This document shows, one piece after another, positions 1-11,361 of a stretch of DNA of 64,000 nucleotides. The position numbers were made by a program, and so were the translations under genes. Below the pieces are notes generated by a model. The model was not told the origin of the DNA, ran no database searches, and was given only the letters and a program-made list of their open reading frames with translations. This stretch comes from Chiloscyllium plagiosum (lineage: Eukaryota). The stretch covers positions 9,428,064 to 9,492,063 of the forward strand of contig NC_057753.1 in the NCBI RefSeq assembly GCF_004010195.1, written 5' to 3'. Within the stretch, counting starts at the first letter, position 1. Each line of letters opens with the position of its first letter.

Positions 1-156
1 GACCTGCAATCTTCTTCCCGACCTCTCCACCCACACCCCCTCTCCGGCGTATCACCCTCACCTTAACCTCCTTCCACCTATTGCATTCCCAACGCCCCTC
101 CCCCAAGTCCCTCCTCTCTACCTTTTATCTTAGCCTGCTTGGTACACCCTCGTCAT
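1..156 (+). mobile_element. Penelope-like element 3' UTR fragment, truncated just before its hammerhead motif
   Basis: Pyrimidine-rich tract ending ctaccttttatcttagcctgcttgg..tcat. It resembles the PLE segment that precedes attcCTGANGA in the minus-strand copy at 55490-55700. Confidence 0.5.
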
Positions 157-780
157 GACACCTTGATGAAAGCAAAAATACCATGTGCCTTCTTGACCAC
201 TCTATCCACCTGTGCAGCAACCTTCAGGGGACAATGGACCTGCACTCCCAGATCTCTCTGCTCATCAACTTTTCCCAAGGCTCTTCTGTTCACTGTATAA
301 TTTGGTCGAGATTTAGACTTGCCAAAATGCATCACCTCATATTTGCCTGGATTGAACTCCATCTGCCACTTCTCCGCCTAACTCTCTAATCTGTCTATAT
401 TCTCCTGTATTCTTTGACAATCCCTTATGCTTTCTGCTACTCCACCAATCATGTCATCTGCAAACTTGCTGATCATACCAACAGTGCTCTCTTCCAGGTC
501 ACTTATGTATATCACAAACAATAGTGGCCACAGCACTGATCCCTATGGAACACCACTGATCATCTTTCTCCATTTCGAGAAACTCCCTTCAACGACTACT
601 CTGTCTCCTGTTGCTCAACCAGTTTTTTATCTGCCTAGCTAGAACACCCTGCACACCATGTGACTTCACTTTCTCTCTTAGTTTACCATGGGGAACCTTA
701 TAAAATGCCTTACTAAAGTCAATGTATATGACAACTACAGCCCTTCCTTCATCTATCAACTTGGTTACTTCCTCAAAGAT
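157..780 (-). mobile_element. CR1/HER1 LINE ORF2 (reverse transcriptase) fragment
   Basis: Translations YIDFSKAFYKVPHGKL and MEFNPGKYEVMHFGKSK..EQRDLGVQVH are typical of CR1 RT; frameshifted. Confidence 0.9.
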
Positions 781-960
781 GTTGGACAGAAGAAGGAAGT
801 TGCAGTTTGGGGTGAAGCTCAATCTTCAGAGAGAGAGGAGGAGCAAAGCTCATGGCCCAACTTCCGCATTCACTCAATACGGTTGGGGGGGGGGGGGCGG
901 TGCGGTGCGGGACTCTGATTGGCGGGAGGACCAGATTCTTTCCGGTCCTCCAGGGTTTCC
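780..960 (-). promoter_or_regulatory. Type-A promoter / non-coding exon-1 module, pointing left
   Basis: Inverted homolog of 1590-1745 and direct homolog of 33981-34160 and 50952-51100. CCAAT (gattgg, about 917) and ETS cores (acttccgc, ttccgg). Confidence 0.55.
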
Positions 961-974
961 CAAAGGTTGGTGAA

Positions 975-1153
975 GGCGAAAGTGAGGACTGGTATATGCT
1001 GGAGATCAGAGTGGTGCTGGAAAAGCACAGCAGATCAGGCAGCTTCCGAGGAACAGGAAAATCGACATTTTGGGCAGAAGCCCTTCACTAGGACCAAAGG
1101 TTGGAGGTAAAAACAATGACTGCAGATGCTGGAAACCAGATTCTGGATCAGGA
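975..1153 (-). mobile_element. Two PLE terminal-repeat fragments with a decayed hammerhead
   Basis: gtggtgctggaaaagcacagcag..aaaatcgacattttgggcagaagcccttcac. ccaaaggttgg occurs at 960, 1094 and 1154. Confidence 0.75.
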
Positions 1154-1189
1154 CCAAAGGTTGGTCTGCTGTCCATCAGAATGATGTGG

Positions 1190-1745
1190 GGCACACACAT
1201 GCGCACTGCCCGTGACCAATAGAGCGGGTTCTGCAGCCCATGGGATTGTGGGAGATGTAGCCGCCAGTAACGAGGTGAAATGAAGTGTCCCACATGCCGT
1301 CTTAATCGTACTATTCACGTGGTATTGAAGTACACGTTAGGAGCCAACCTGAATCGATTTTAAATGTTTACACTGAATGAAACGCTCGACCCTCTTTTTC
1401 TCCTATTGACATTTGGACACTTAAAAACTATCAGTAACAACGGCATCTCCACGGAGCATACTGCGCATGCTTTACGGTGTCAGTAAGGCACGATACATGT
1501 TTATCAGTGTCAACAAATCACTGCGCATGCTCCGCGCTGTCAGCGGAAAAGGCGCGCGACCTACTTTTGATGAACCAATAGGAAACCAAGAGGACCGGAA
1601 GATGACTGGTCTTCCCGTCAATCAGAGCCCCCATTGTCTAAATGCGGAAGTTGGACCATGAGGTTCTGCTGCTGCTTCTGTTTCTCTCAATGAAGATTGT
1701 GCTTCACTCCGGACTGCAACTTCCTTCCTCTGTCCAACTTCTGTG
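1190..1745 (+). promoter_or_regulatory. CpG-rich promoter with NRF1-like, ZNF143/SBS-like, CCAAT and ETS motifs, plus type-A exon 1 pointing right
   Basis: tgcgcatgc at about 1462 and 1522. gggattgtgggagatgtagc at about 1242-1261 (rc GCTACATCTCCCACAATCC, resembling SBS ACTACANNTCCCA). ccaat about 1574, gcggaagt about 1644, donor ct|gtgagc at 1743. Confidence 0.6.
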
Positions 1746-2094
1746 AGCACATAATTCTCTTTTCCGACTCCGTTTTTCCATTTATTTTTCATTCTTAAAT
1801 TAAGGGGCGTGGGTTTCCTCCAAGTGCTCCGTAGTCATCCCACAATCCAGAAACGGAGAGATTAGGTGAACTGGCCATGCTAAATTGCCCATAGTAATCA
1901 GGGATGTGTAGGTTAGGTGCACTAGTCAGGGTAAATGTAGAGTAAGGCAATGGGTCTGGGTTGGTGTGGACTTGTTGGGCCGAAAGGCCTCTTCCCACAC
2001 TGCAGGGATTCTATAAATTATTAACTTGTAGCAACTGAAAAGAAAGGAGGGGACAGACACGGGAAATGTTGGTCCAGATCTGTGTCTGAATTGG

Positions 2095-2540
2095 TAAAAT
2101 AGACAGGCAGGACACTGGAAGAACACAGCAAGCCAGGCAGCGTCAGGAGGTGGACAAGTCGATGTTTCGGGTGTAAACCACCTTCAGGACTGGGCGTGGG
2201 TGCAGGGGGAACTGCAGAACAATTGGGTGCTGGGGGCAGGGTGGTGAAGTGGGGATAGGTGAACACCTGGTTGGTCAATGGGAGGAAGGAATCTGGTTGG
2301 TGGCAGGGTGGGAAAGGAGGTTACTTGAAATTGGAGAACTCAATGTTGGAGTGTTGTTCCTCCATCTTGCAGTTTGGTTTGTTGTGGCAATGGAGGAGGC
2401 CAAAGATGATCATGTCAGAAAGGAAACGGGAAGGGGAATTAAAATGGGTGGTGACTGGGAAGTCCGATCGGCCTCTGCGGACCCATCTGCGATGCTCTGT
2501 GAAGTGTTCCCGAAGTTTACACTTGATCTCCCCAATTATA
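2095..2540 (-). mobile_element. PLE (family 3) 3' fragment with decayed hammerhead
   Basis: rc of 2157-2191 is agtcCTGAAGGtggtttacaccCGAAACATCgact. Upstream translation SDFPVTTHFNSPSR..IFGLLHC resembles a GIY-YIG C-terminus. Confidence 0.7.
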
Positions 2541-2916
2541 GAGAAGGCCACAATTGGCAAATACAGTACCACAATGTGAAGTTATAGCCTTTGCTGTGAA
2601 AACAGTAGAAAGGAGGTGTATTGTTTAAGTGGTGATCTTTTGGGATGTGGAGAAAGTGAGAACTGCAGATGCTGGAGATCAGAGTCAGAAAGTGTGGCAC
2701 TGGAAAAGCACAGCAGGTCAGGCAGAATCCGAGGAACAAGAGCCCTTCATCAGGAATGATGTGTGGATTTACAGAGGGGCCTCAGTGTCCTTCTACACCA
2801 GTCAATGCCAGTTGTCAGTCAGGTGCAGCAAACAATCAGCAAGGCAAGTGGTATATTACCAAGAGGAATTGAGTTCAGAAGTGGGGATGTCTTCCTGCAG
2901 TTGGGGCATCATTGAA

Positions 2917-3212
2917 TGGGCGGCACGGTGGCGCAGTGGTTAGCACTGCTGCCTCACAGCGCCAGAGACCCGGGTTCAATTCCCGACTCAGGCGACTGAC
3001 TGTGTGGAGTTTGCACATTCTCCCCGTGTCTGCGTGGGATTCCTTCAGGTGCTCCGGTTTCCTCCCACAGTCCAAAGATGTGCACGTCAGGTGAATTGGC
3101 CATGCTAAATTGCCCGTAGTGTTAGGTGAGGGGTATGAGTGGATTGCGCTTTGGCGGGTCGGTGTGGACTTGTTGGGCTGAAGGGCCTGCTTCCACACTG
3201 TAAGTAATCTAA
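2917..3212 (+). mobile_element. HE1-type V-SINE, young copy
   Basis: tRNA-derived head (A box tggcgcagtgg, B box ggttcaattcc), V-domain tgtgtggagtttgcacattctccccgtgtctgcgtggg, tail taagtaatcta. Confidence 0.9.
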
Positions 3213-4459
3213 AATGAATATATTCAAGGCTGAGTTAATTTGATTTTTGAACAAGAAAGAAGGGGATGTTTATAGGGGAAGGCAAGAAAATCCTTTTAAG
3301 ACCAGTATAGAACAGTTACAGAGTCATACAGCACAGAAACAGATCCTTCAGTCCAAATAGACCATGCTGACTGTGTTCTCAAACTAAAGGAATCCCACCT
3401 GCCTGTGTTTGCCCCATATTTCTCTGAACCTTTCCTATTCATGTATCTATCCAAATGTCTTTTAAACATTGTAACTGTACCTGCATCCACCACTTCCTCT
3501 GGACATTCATCCCACACACAAGCCACTCTCTTAAAAGAAAAAAAGTGCGACTCAAGTCTTTTTAAAATTTTTCTCATCTCACTTTCACAATTTGCTCATG
3601 AATCTTGAAGTCCCCACCTGTCAGAAAGGACATCTGCCGTTCACCTCATCTACCACCCTCATGATTTTATAAACCTCTATAAGGTCACCTCTCAACCTCC
3701 TGTGCTACAGTGAAAAATTCAACCTATTCAACTAGATGTAGGGAAATTCATATCCAGTTATGATCTGTTCAATGCTGGTGCAGGCTCCAAAGACCAAATG
3801 GCTGACGACTGCTCCCAATTCTCTCACTGTGTCCAGGACAGGAATAGACCATAAGACATAGGAGCAGAAATGAGACGATTCAGCCCATCAGGTCTGCGCA
3901 TACCATGCAACCACGACTCAACCCCATTCTCCCACTTTCTCCCTGTAATCCTCAGTCCCCTCGATACTCAAGAACCGATCTATTTCAGTCTTAAATATCC
4001 CAGTTTATTATTATAAAAACTGATCTCCTCTTCAGCTCTGGGAAGAGAAATTCTGATCTACCTGTACAGACTGTCAGTTCTGTGTCAGCCTAGTCAGTTT
4101 CTCTTCCAGCGATATCACTTGTAATAAACTGTTTGTCAATTTCACTTTGAACTGTTCTTTGCGATCTCTAACTTACTGAGCAAATTTCTCCGACATGCTA
4201 TAACAGGGCGACCAGAACTGTACTCAGTACTCTGAAAGTGGTCTTACCAACATGATGTCCCAACTCCTATACACAACGCTGTGAACAATGAAGGCAAGTG
4301 TACTGAACGCCTCTTAACCACCCTGTCTACCAATGATGCAACTTTCATAGAACAATGTACCTGAAACCCACCATGTCTCTGTTCTACAACGCAACCCAGG
4401 GCCCTATCATTAACTATACAAATCCTGCCCTTCCTTGTTTTAGCAAAATGCAACCCCTC

Positions 4460-5097
4460 GCTTTTATCCATACCTCTCTCATACACATGCTCTCTCTGAG
4501 ACACTCACACCCTCTCACAGGCTTATACTCGATCACAATCACACTTCAAGCATGCACACACGCAAACAGACACACGCGCTCTCATGCATGCACAGGTCTA
4601 TGGGGTGAATTTGCATTTGCAGATACATTCAACTTTGATCAAAAAGCACACAACCTGCAGGCAGTCGATACATGTAATATTTTATAAATTCCTACTTTGG
4701 AAATAGAACCAGTCTGCTTCAAGATTGGGATACAGACAGAATCAAATCTCACACATTTCATTACTGTCTGAACTGAGATGAAACCTATTTATATAAAACC
4801 TCAAGTCATCGAGAATCTGACTTCAAAGATTTCCTGGGATTTACACATTAATGAACTAAAACTTGCAACTTCTTCTAAAAGACAAAAGACTTCACAACAA
4901 TCTAGGTTTGTTCAATATATCCGATCAGTTGCACTATACTGTGATCTTTTGCTATAAATTCTGTCTTATGATCCTGCTCCACAGCTTCCTGATGACGGAG
5001 CAGCGCTCCAAAAGCTAGTGGTTCCAAATAAACCACTATAACCTGATGTGTGATTTTTAACTTGATCCAACCCAGTCCATCTCCGGCTCCTCCACAT
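4460..5097 (+). mobile_element. PLE (family 2) 3' region with hammerhead motif, GAAA mutated to AAAA
   Basis: 4989 CTGATGAcggagcagcgctccAAAAGCTA followed by aataaacc..ctataacctg. Homologous to 37130-37930. Confidence 0.7.
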
Positions 5098-5592
5098 TGT
5101 TTCTAGTGAAGGCAGCCCACCCCTCCCGGTGCTGCCAGTAAACTTTACAATGCTGATGAATATGACGCAGGACCTGTACTCATGAAAAATTTACAATTTC
5201 TAACGATACTAGCAACTCATTCGCTGCTCCACGACATTGGACACTTAGTGCAGGAGGCTGAAAGAAATGAGCAGCTTTAAAACAAAAACCTCTAGGAGCT
5301 GAAAGCTTTCAATGAAAGTCTGAGCCCGGCGGTAAGTTCAGCTAACCTTTATTGAGACCCAACTTTATTACAGCTTCAGATCCCCTCAATGAAAAGACGA
5401 AGAAAAAGTAGCTTATTTTTTTCAAAAACAGCTCAAGGTCAAAGCGTACACAGTCCCTCCCCCACCCCCCAACTTTCTTTACTATTGGTCAGCACTGAGT
5501 TATCCCTTTGTAATTGGATCCTTGGTACAGCCTTAACCCGTAGGAAGTATTGCCTCACTCAGCAATTTCAACCCATACCCTGTATCAAGTAA

Positions 5593-5791
5593 AGGTAAAA
5601 CAATGCTGGAAACCAGATTCTGGATTAGAGTGGTGCTGGAAAAGCACAGCAGTTCAGGAAGCATCCGAGGAGCAGTAAAATCGACGTTTCAGGCGTTTTC
5701 CTGATGAAGGGCTTTTGCCCGAAACGTCGATTTTACTGCTCCTCGGATGCTGCCTGAACTGCTGTGCTTTTCCAGCACCACTAATCTAGAA
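5593..5791. mobile_element. PLE tail-to-tail (hairpin) insertion
   Basis: About 70-bp inverted arms (5622-5690 and 5721-5788). Flanked by ctgtatcaagtaa / ctgtaccaagtaa. The paralog at about 38755 has a single copy of the flank. Confidence 0.85.
5701..5728 (+). ncRNA. Minimal type-I hammerhead ribozyme motif (PLE-borne)
   Basis: CTGATGA-A-GGGC-TTTT-GCCC-GAAA-CGTC: intact core, 4-bp stem II, ACGU palindrome in place of stem III. Confidence 0.75.
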
Positions 5792-5831
5792 CCTGTACCA
5801 AGTAAGTTCCTCCCTGTTCATTTCCGCGGGT

Positions 5832-6095
5832 GGGGGAGTCAACCACACTGCTGTGGGTCTGCAGTCACATGTAGGCCAGCCCCGGGTAAAGGATGCAGCT
5901 GGGACGACTGAGTGAATCCTTACCCGCAACGGCAGTTTCCTCCCCTAAAAAGGACATGAGTGAATCCGATGGGACTTCTCACGCACCCGCCCCCAAAAAT
6001 GGTTTCATCGTTAGATTCAGACTTCTGACCGAATTCCAATTCCACCATCTGCCACGACGGGATTCAAACCCAGGGGTCCAGTCGATAATGGGACT
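5832..6095 (-). mobile_element. Deu-domain SINE (SacSINE1-like) in ZNF 3' UTR
   Basis: rc shows tRNA-like B box gggtttgaatcccgtcgtggcagatggtggaattgga and Deu-like tgtcctttttaggggaggaaactgccg..ggcctacatgtgactgcagacccacagc. Confidence 0.7.
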
Positions 6096-6109
6096 CTGCC
6101 ATTGCTCCT

Positions 6110-6818
6110 TCAATCCCCCTGCCATGGCACGTGAACTCGCTGGTGCCTCTGCAGGTGGGAAGAGCGGGTGAATCCCTTCCCACACTGAGAGCAGGTGAAT
6201 GGCCACTCCCCAGTGTGGACCCGCTGGTGGGCCAGCAGGGTGGAGGCCTGTGTAAAGCCCTTCCCACACTCAGGGCAGCTGAAGGGTCTCTCCCCAGTGT
6301 GGACCCGCTGGTGCTTCAGTCTGTCGGACGAATTGCTGAAGGCTTTTCCGCACTTGGGTCAGCTGAAGGGCGTCTCCTCGGTGTGGACCCACTGGTGCCT
6401 CAGCAGGGCGGAGGAATTGCTAAATACCTTCCCGCACTCGGGGCAGCTGAAGAGTCTCTCCGCAGTGTGGCCCCGCTGATGCCTCTGCAGCGCTGAGGAA
6501 TTGCTGAAGGACCTCCTGCACTTGGTGCAAAGGAACGGCCTCTCCCCGGTGTGGACCTGCCGGTGGGTCAGCAGACTGGAGGCCTGAGTAAAGCCCTTCC
6601 CGCATTTGGGGCAGCTGAAGGGCCTCTCCCCCGTGTGGACACACCGGTGCTTCAGCTGGTCAGAGGAATTGCAGAAGACCTTACCGCACTCTGTGCAGGG
6701 GAACAGCCTCTCCCCGGTGTGAGTGCGCCGATGAGTCTCCAGGGCAGATGGGAAAACGGAAACTTTTCCCACAGTTACATGGTTTTTCTACAGGGCAGGA
6801 TCCCTCAGGTTTCTCCAT
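6110..6818 (-). pseudogene. C2H2 zinc-finger pseudogene (ZNF-1), about 8 fingers
   Basis: gccATGg at 6818 ([13 protein letters not shown]), frameshift in finger 1, repeated [14 protein letters not shown] linkers, in-frame TGA at 6359-6361 replacing Cys, ends [16 protein letters not shown]. Confidence 0.9.
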
Positions 6819-7689
6819 GGCCAAAACTTCAGCTGCACACAAACATGTATACAGCCCCTCCCTGCTGTGAATCCCTCTTTCCAGGCTGTATAACTATTCC
6901 TGGCTCCACACTCAGTGCACTGCAACAGTACGGTCTCTCATCCCACTGATGCTGAAAACATACAGAAACAGGAACCAAAAAGCTTTACTCCTTCTCACAG
7001 AATCACAGTTGAAAATTATTGCGGTCCCAATGGATTGATTGACTGTCAGGCATTGATGTCAAAGTGAGGACTGCAGACGCTGGAGAGTCAGTGTCGAAAA
7101 GTGCAGCGCTAGCAAAGCGCAGCAGGTCAGACAGCATCCGAAGAGCAGGAGAGTGGATGCTTCAAGCATAAGCCCTTCATCTGTTGATTTTGAAACTTCC
7201 GTCTTCAAATCTTCATATAATCTGTAAAAAGAGATTACAAAAATCATCACTGTCAGTCCAGGGTAGAAATTCAGAACAAGCAATTCTACATTTTGCAGAA
7301 CATTCTTTTCTTTTGTTATTCCATGAAGTTGATATCATCTTCCCTCTCTCTCTCCCCCTCTGTTCTCACTCTGCTCTAATTCTCCTGAAGGTGCTGATTC
7401 AGGATCTTACAGGGGCAGAAAAGCGAAAACGTCAAGACTGACATCTCTCTGAATTTTGGATAACTCCACCTGAAAGTTGATATCTTTTCCAATATTGGAA
7501 TACTGCTGAGACTGAACAGGTCTGATTTTGGGAAGCAAAAACTGTGTCAATTCAGGGTGAACCTGCAATGCAGCTTCTTGACGAACAATGAGACACGAAA
7601 TGGTTAACATCCCCAGGAAAGGGGAGCAAATGAGACATCAAGGTATTGACACCGACACCAGAGAGAAAGTGAACATGCCGACCACATAT

Positions 7690-8175
7690 CCAGAATCAAT
7701 CTAGGCCCGTTTGCCAGCACTTGGCCCATTTTCCTTTAACCCCTTCCTATTCATATACCTATCCAGATGCCTTTTAAATGTTGTGATTGCACCAGCCTCC
7801 ACCACTTCCTCTGGCAGCTCATTCCTTACACACACCGCCCTCTGAATGAAAAAGTTGCCCCTTACGTCCCTTTTAAACCTTCCCTTCCCCTCCCCACCTG
7901 CCCACCCTGAACCTATTACCCTTACATTCTGGAGTATCCCATCTCAAGGAAAAGACCTTGACTATTTATCCTATCCATGCCTCTCATGATTTTATCAACT
8001 TCAGCCTCCAGCGCGCAAGGGGAAACAGCATGAGTCTGCTCGGCCTCTCCCTATCACTCAAACTCCCCAACTCTGGCAACATCCTTGTAAATCTTTTCTG
8101 AACCTTTTCAAGTTTCACTACATCCTTCTGATAGGAGGGAGACCAGAACTGCACAGAACATTACAAATGTGGCTA
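7690..8175 (-). mobile_element. CR1/HER1 LINE 3' fragment
   Basis: rc matches the CR1 3' end (KVQKRFTRML..WNELPEEVVEA..FKRHLD) seen intact at 60388-60897. Confidence 0.85.
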
Positions 8176-8329
8176 TGGTTCTGCTGAACAATGGCAACTT
8201 AATTCCAAAATATTAATTTCTTCATGAGAAGGGAATAATTGGCAATGTAGCTGTAACAGGCCTCTTGCGGAAGAGTGAAGAACTGACAGAGAGAGCTTTG
8301 CATTAAAATGGAGAGGAACAGAGGTGATT

Positions 8330-9612
8330 CTGAGACTGGGGACTTAAATCTAAAGCAAGGAAATTACAACGGCAGAGGTAAGAACAGGCTGCAACAAATG
8401 AGGGAACATTATTGAAAGAATTGACAAACATTTAAATAGCACCTGGAGGAATTGCAACAGTTGTTCCATCCTGTCTGAAAAATAAAACACACAAGGTGGC
8501 CCAGCCACCGCTAACAAGGGACATTGTGGATTGTACTGGATCCAAAGAATTTGCGTACAAATTGGCTAAAAAAAAAAGCAGCAGATCTGAAGACTGGGAG
8601 CAGTTCAGGTTTCAACAAAAGGATTGATGAAAAGGGGAAAATGGGGTATGTGAAGAGAAATAAAAGGATTAGAGAAAACAATAACAATTAGAACAGACAA
8701 AAATCTCATGTGGAACAAAGAGATGGCAGACCAATTAACCACATATGTTGCTTCTCTCATCACAAGTAACTTCCCCAAAATGTTGGGGAACACATGGTCC
8801 ATTGAGAGCAGAACTGAAGGAAATGAGTAGTTGTGGGGAAATGGTGTTGAGGAAATTGATGGATTAAAAGTTGACAAATCCCCAGGACCTCATAATCCAC
8901 ACCCCAGACTATGGCCCGAGGTCATGCAATTGGCAAATCTTGGGCTGATCTTAGCAGGGCTAATAGATTTAATGGTAAGGTCCCAGGGAGTGTTGATGAA
9001 CAAAGTGACTTTGGAGTGCAGGTTCCTAGCTCCTTGAAAGTAGTCACAGGTAGATAGGATAGTGAAGAAGGTGTTTCGTATGTTTTCCTTTATCAGTCAG
9101 AATATTGAGTACAGGAGTTGGGAGGTCATGTTGCGGCTGTACATGACATTGGTTAGGCAACTTTTGGAATATTGCATGCAATTCTGGTCTCCTTCCTATC
9201 AGAAGGATGTATGAACTTTAAAAGGGTTCAGAAAAGATTTACAAGGTTGATGCCAGGGTTGGGAGATTTGAGCTATAGGGAAAAGTTGAACAGGCTGATG
9301 GTTTTCTGCGGAGAGTCAGATGCTGAAGGGTGACCTTATAAAGGTTTATAAAATGATGAAGTGCACGGATAGAATAAATAGACAAAGTCTTCTCCCTGGG
9401 GTGGGAGAGTCCATAACTATAGAGCATAGATTTAGGGTGAGAGGGGAAAGATTCAAAAGTGACCTAAAGGACAACTTTTTCACGCAGAGGGTGGTAAGTG
9501 TATGGAATGAGCTGCCTGAGGAAGTGGAGGAGGCGAGTGCAATTGCAACATTTAAGAGGCATCTGGATGGGTATATGAATAGGAAGGGTTCGGAGGGATA
9601 TGGGCTGGGGGC
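8330..9612 (+). mobile_element. CR1 LINE fragments (ORF2 mid-region plus HER1 3' end)
   Basis: LKVDKSPGP..HPR, and LKGDLIKVYKMMK..NFFTQRVVSVWNELPEEV. Confidence 0.85.
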
Positions 9613-9959
9613 TGGCTCACGTTATCCCTCCTCCTGCATTGAAATTCAAATCCATCTACCTCATAAGTTTCCTCCACTCTTGGTGTTCGCGTGCTTCTCC
9701 CATCTACAAACTGAAAATAACATCAACACATCAATGCTCTCCTGGTCACTGCGATCTTAGAAGTACCCAGTTTCTGTTCCAGCTCCACAAATGATCAGAT
9801 TCATTCACCTCAAGTTCACAGCTCGCCTTTGTGTCATTCTAGATCTCTCTCTCTCTCTCTCTCATTCCCTTTTCCTGTTTTAAGGCCACACAGACCAAAT
9901 TCAGAGTCATGTCTCTTAGAGTGAAATAAGAAAATTCTAGTTTGAATGACACCAACTGT

Positions 9960-10632
9960 CATTTCTCTCCCGGAAATGACAGCTGATGGTGCCCTCATCA
10001 AGATGGCCGCCCACCCCACGTCAACATGCGCCTTTATCCTTACAAAGACGGCGGCCGGTTGCCCGGGCAACACGAGCATTCCTTCGCCGGTCACGTAAAC
10101 ACTGAGCCTGTGGGGCTTTTATTCGCGGCCGCAGGCCTCCCCCTAGGAGTTTATAAACTCCCCAGTCTCCCTCCTCCCGCGGTTCCCAATCCTACCCTGT
10201 CTCACTGTCTCCTCTCCCCGGGGGCAGGAATCAGGTCTTGGCGCTCGGGCCTGGCGACCTTCCCGGGATGTTCCTGAAACCTGGTCCTGTTCTGAAGGAG
10301 GATCACCGGACCCGAGACGCCTCCTCGATTTCTTTTGACACGAACTGTCGGAGTTGGTCAGCTTTTCCAATGGTTTCTGTTCTTGTTCCAGCAGCCGCCG
10401 GCACCAATCTGCTCGCACACTCAGTAACATTGCCTCGCTGCACGCATGCGCACTGCTCGGGCCCCATGGAGTGATTTTCCAATCGCATGGGATTGTGGGA
10501 GGTGAAGACGCCATTAATGTCATGAAATCCAGTATTCCATATGCCTTCTTAATTGTCCTATTCATATCTTAGTGAAGTACACGTCAGGAGCCAATCTTTC
10601 ATCAATTTTACGTTTATACACTGAGTGAAACA
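9960..10632 (-). promoter_or_regulatory. CpG island: probable promoter and exon 1 of ZNF-1
   Basis: High CpG. cgcatgcgca at about 10442 and SBS-like gggattgtggga at about 10489. 10440-10632 is homologous to 1195-1385. Confidence 0.55.
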
Positions 10633-10794
10633 CTACAGGTGTTTAACTCTAAACTCTAGTTCCAATTCAGTGTCAGTACAATTGCTCTTTATCTGTCCTC
10701 AAATAAGGACCAAATAAATGCCCTCCATCTGACCCTCCTTAACGTTGATTTTCATTCGTTTGCAGATTCCAATCCTCTGTTTCGATAATTTATT

Positions 10795-11240
10795 CAAATC
10801 TACTTCTGGTACATGGGCGTCACTGGCTGGCCAGCATTCCGTTCCCCTTGAGAATGTGGTGGTGAGCTGCCTTCTTGAACCGTTGCAGTCTACAACCTGT
10901 ACGGTGACCCACAATGTCTTGAGGGAAGGAATTCCAGGATTTAGACCCGGTGACACTGAAGGAACAGCAATACATTTCCAAGTCAAGATGGTGAGTGGCT
11001 TGGAGGGACATTGCAAGAGGTTGTGTTCCCAAGTATCTGTTGTCCTGGTCCTTCTAGATGGAAGTGGTTTGAAAGGTATTTTCTAAGGCACTTTGGTAAA
11101 TTTTTGCAGTGTGTCTTGTAGATACTACACATTACTGCTTCTGAACAATGGATATGGTACCAATCAAGCAGGTGACATTGACCAGGATGGCACGAGGCGT
11201 TTTAAATACAGTTGAAGCTGCAACCCCATCCAAGCTAGTG
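10795..11240 (-). mobile_element. CR1/L2-type LINE 3' end (DeuSINE-partner type tail)
   Basis: rc: ..SKSWNSF..LQRFKKAAHHHILKGN, then ctggccagccagtgacgcccatgt tail. Confidence 0.7.
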
Positions 11241-11361
11241 GGAGAGTAGATTAGATTCTCTACAGTGTGGAAACAGGGCCTTTGGCCCAACAAGTCCACA
11301 CTGCCCCTCCAAAGAAAAACCCACCCAAACCCATTCCCCTACTCTATATTTCCCCCTGACT

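Noticed and set aside
2917..2995. tRNA-like A and B boxes (also 16055, 38245, 59285)
   Set aside because: They continue into the V-SINE body; these are SINE heads, not tRNA genes.
5620..5790. Terminal inverted repeats suggesting a DNA-transposon MITE or a terminator
   Set aside because: The arms are PLE terminal repeats, linked to a GIY-YIG remnant at 55365-55893, and the flanking repeats vary in length.
6045..6095. tRNA 3'-end-like ggttcgaatccc motif on minus (also about 16935, 38810, 43635)
   Set aside because: Head of a Deu-domain SINE; no complete cloverleaf.
6131..6949. Plus-strand ORFs of 94-132 aa, and the 211-aa ORF at 18925-19560
   Set aside because: Antisense shadows of zinc-finger repeats.
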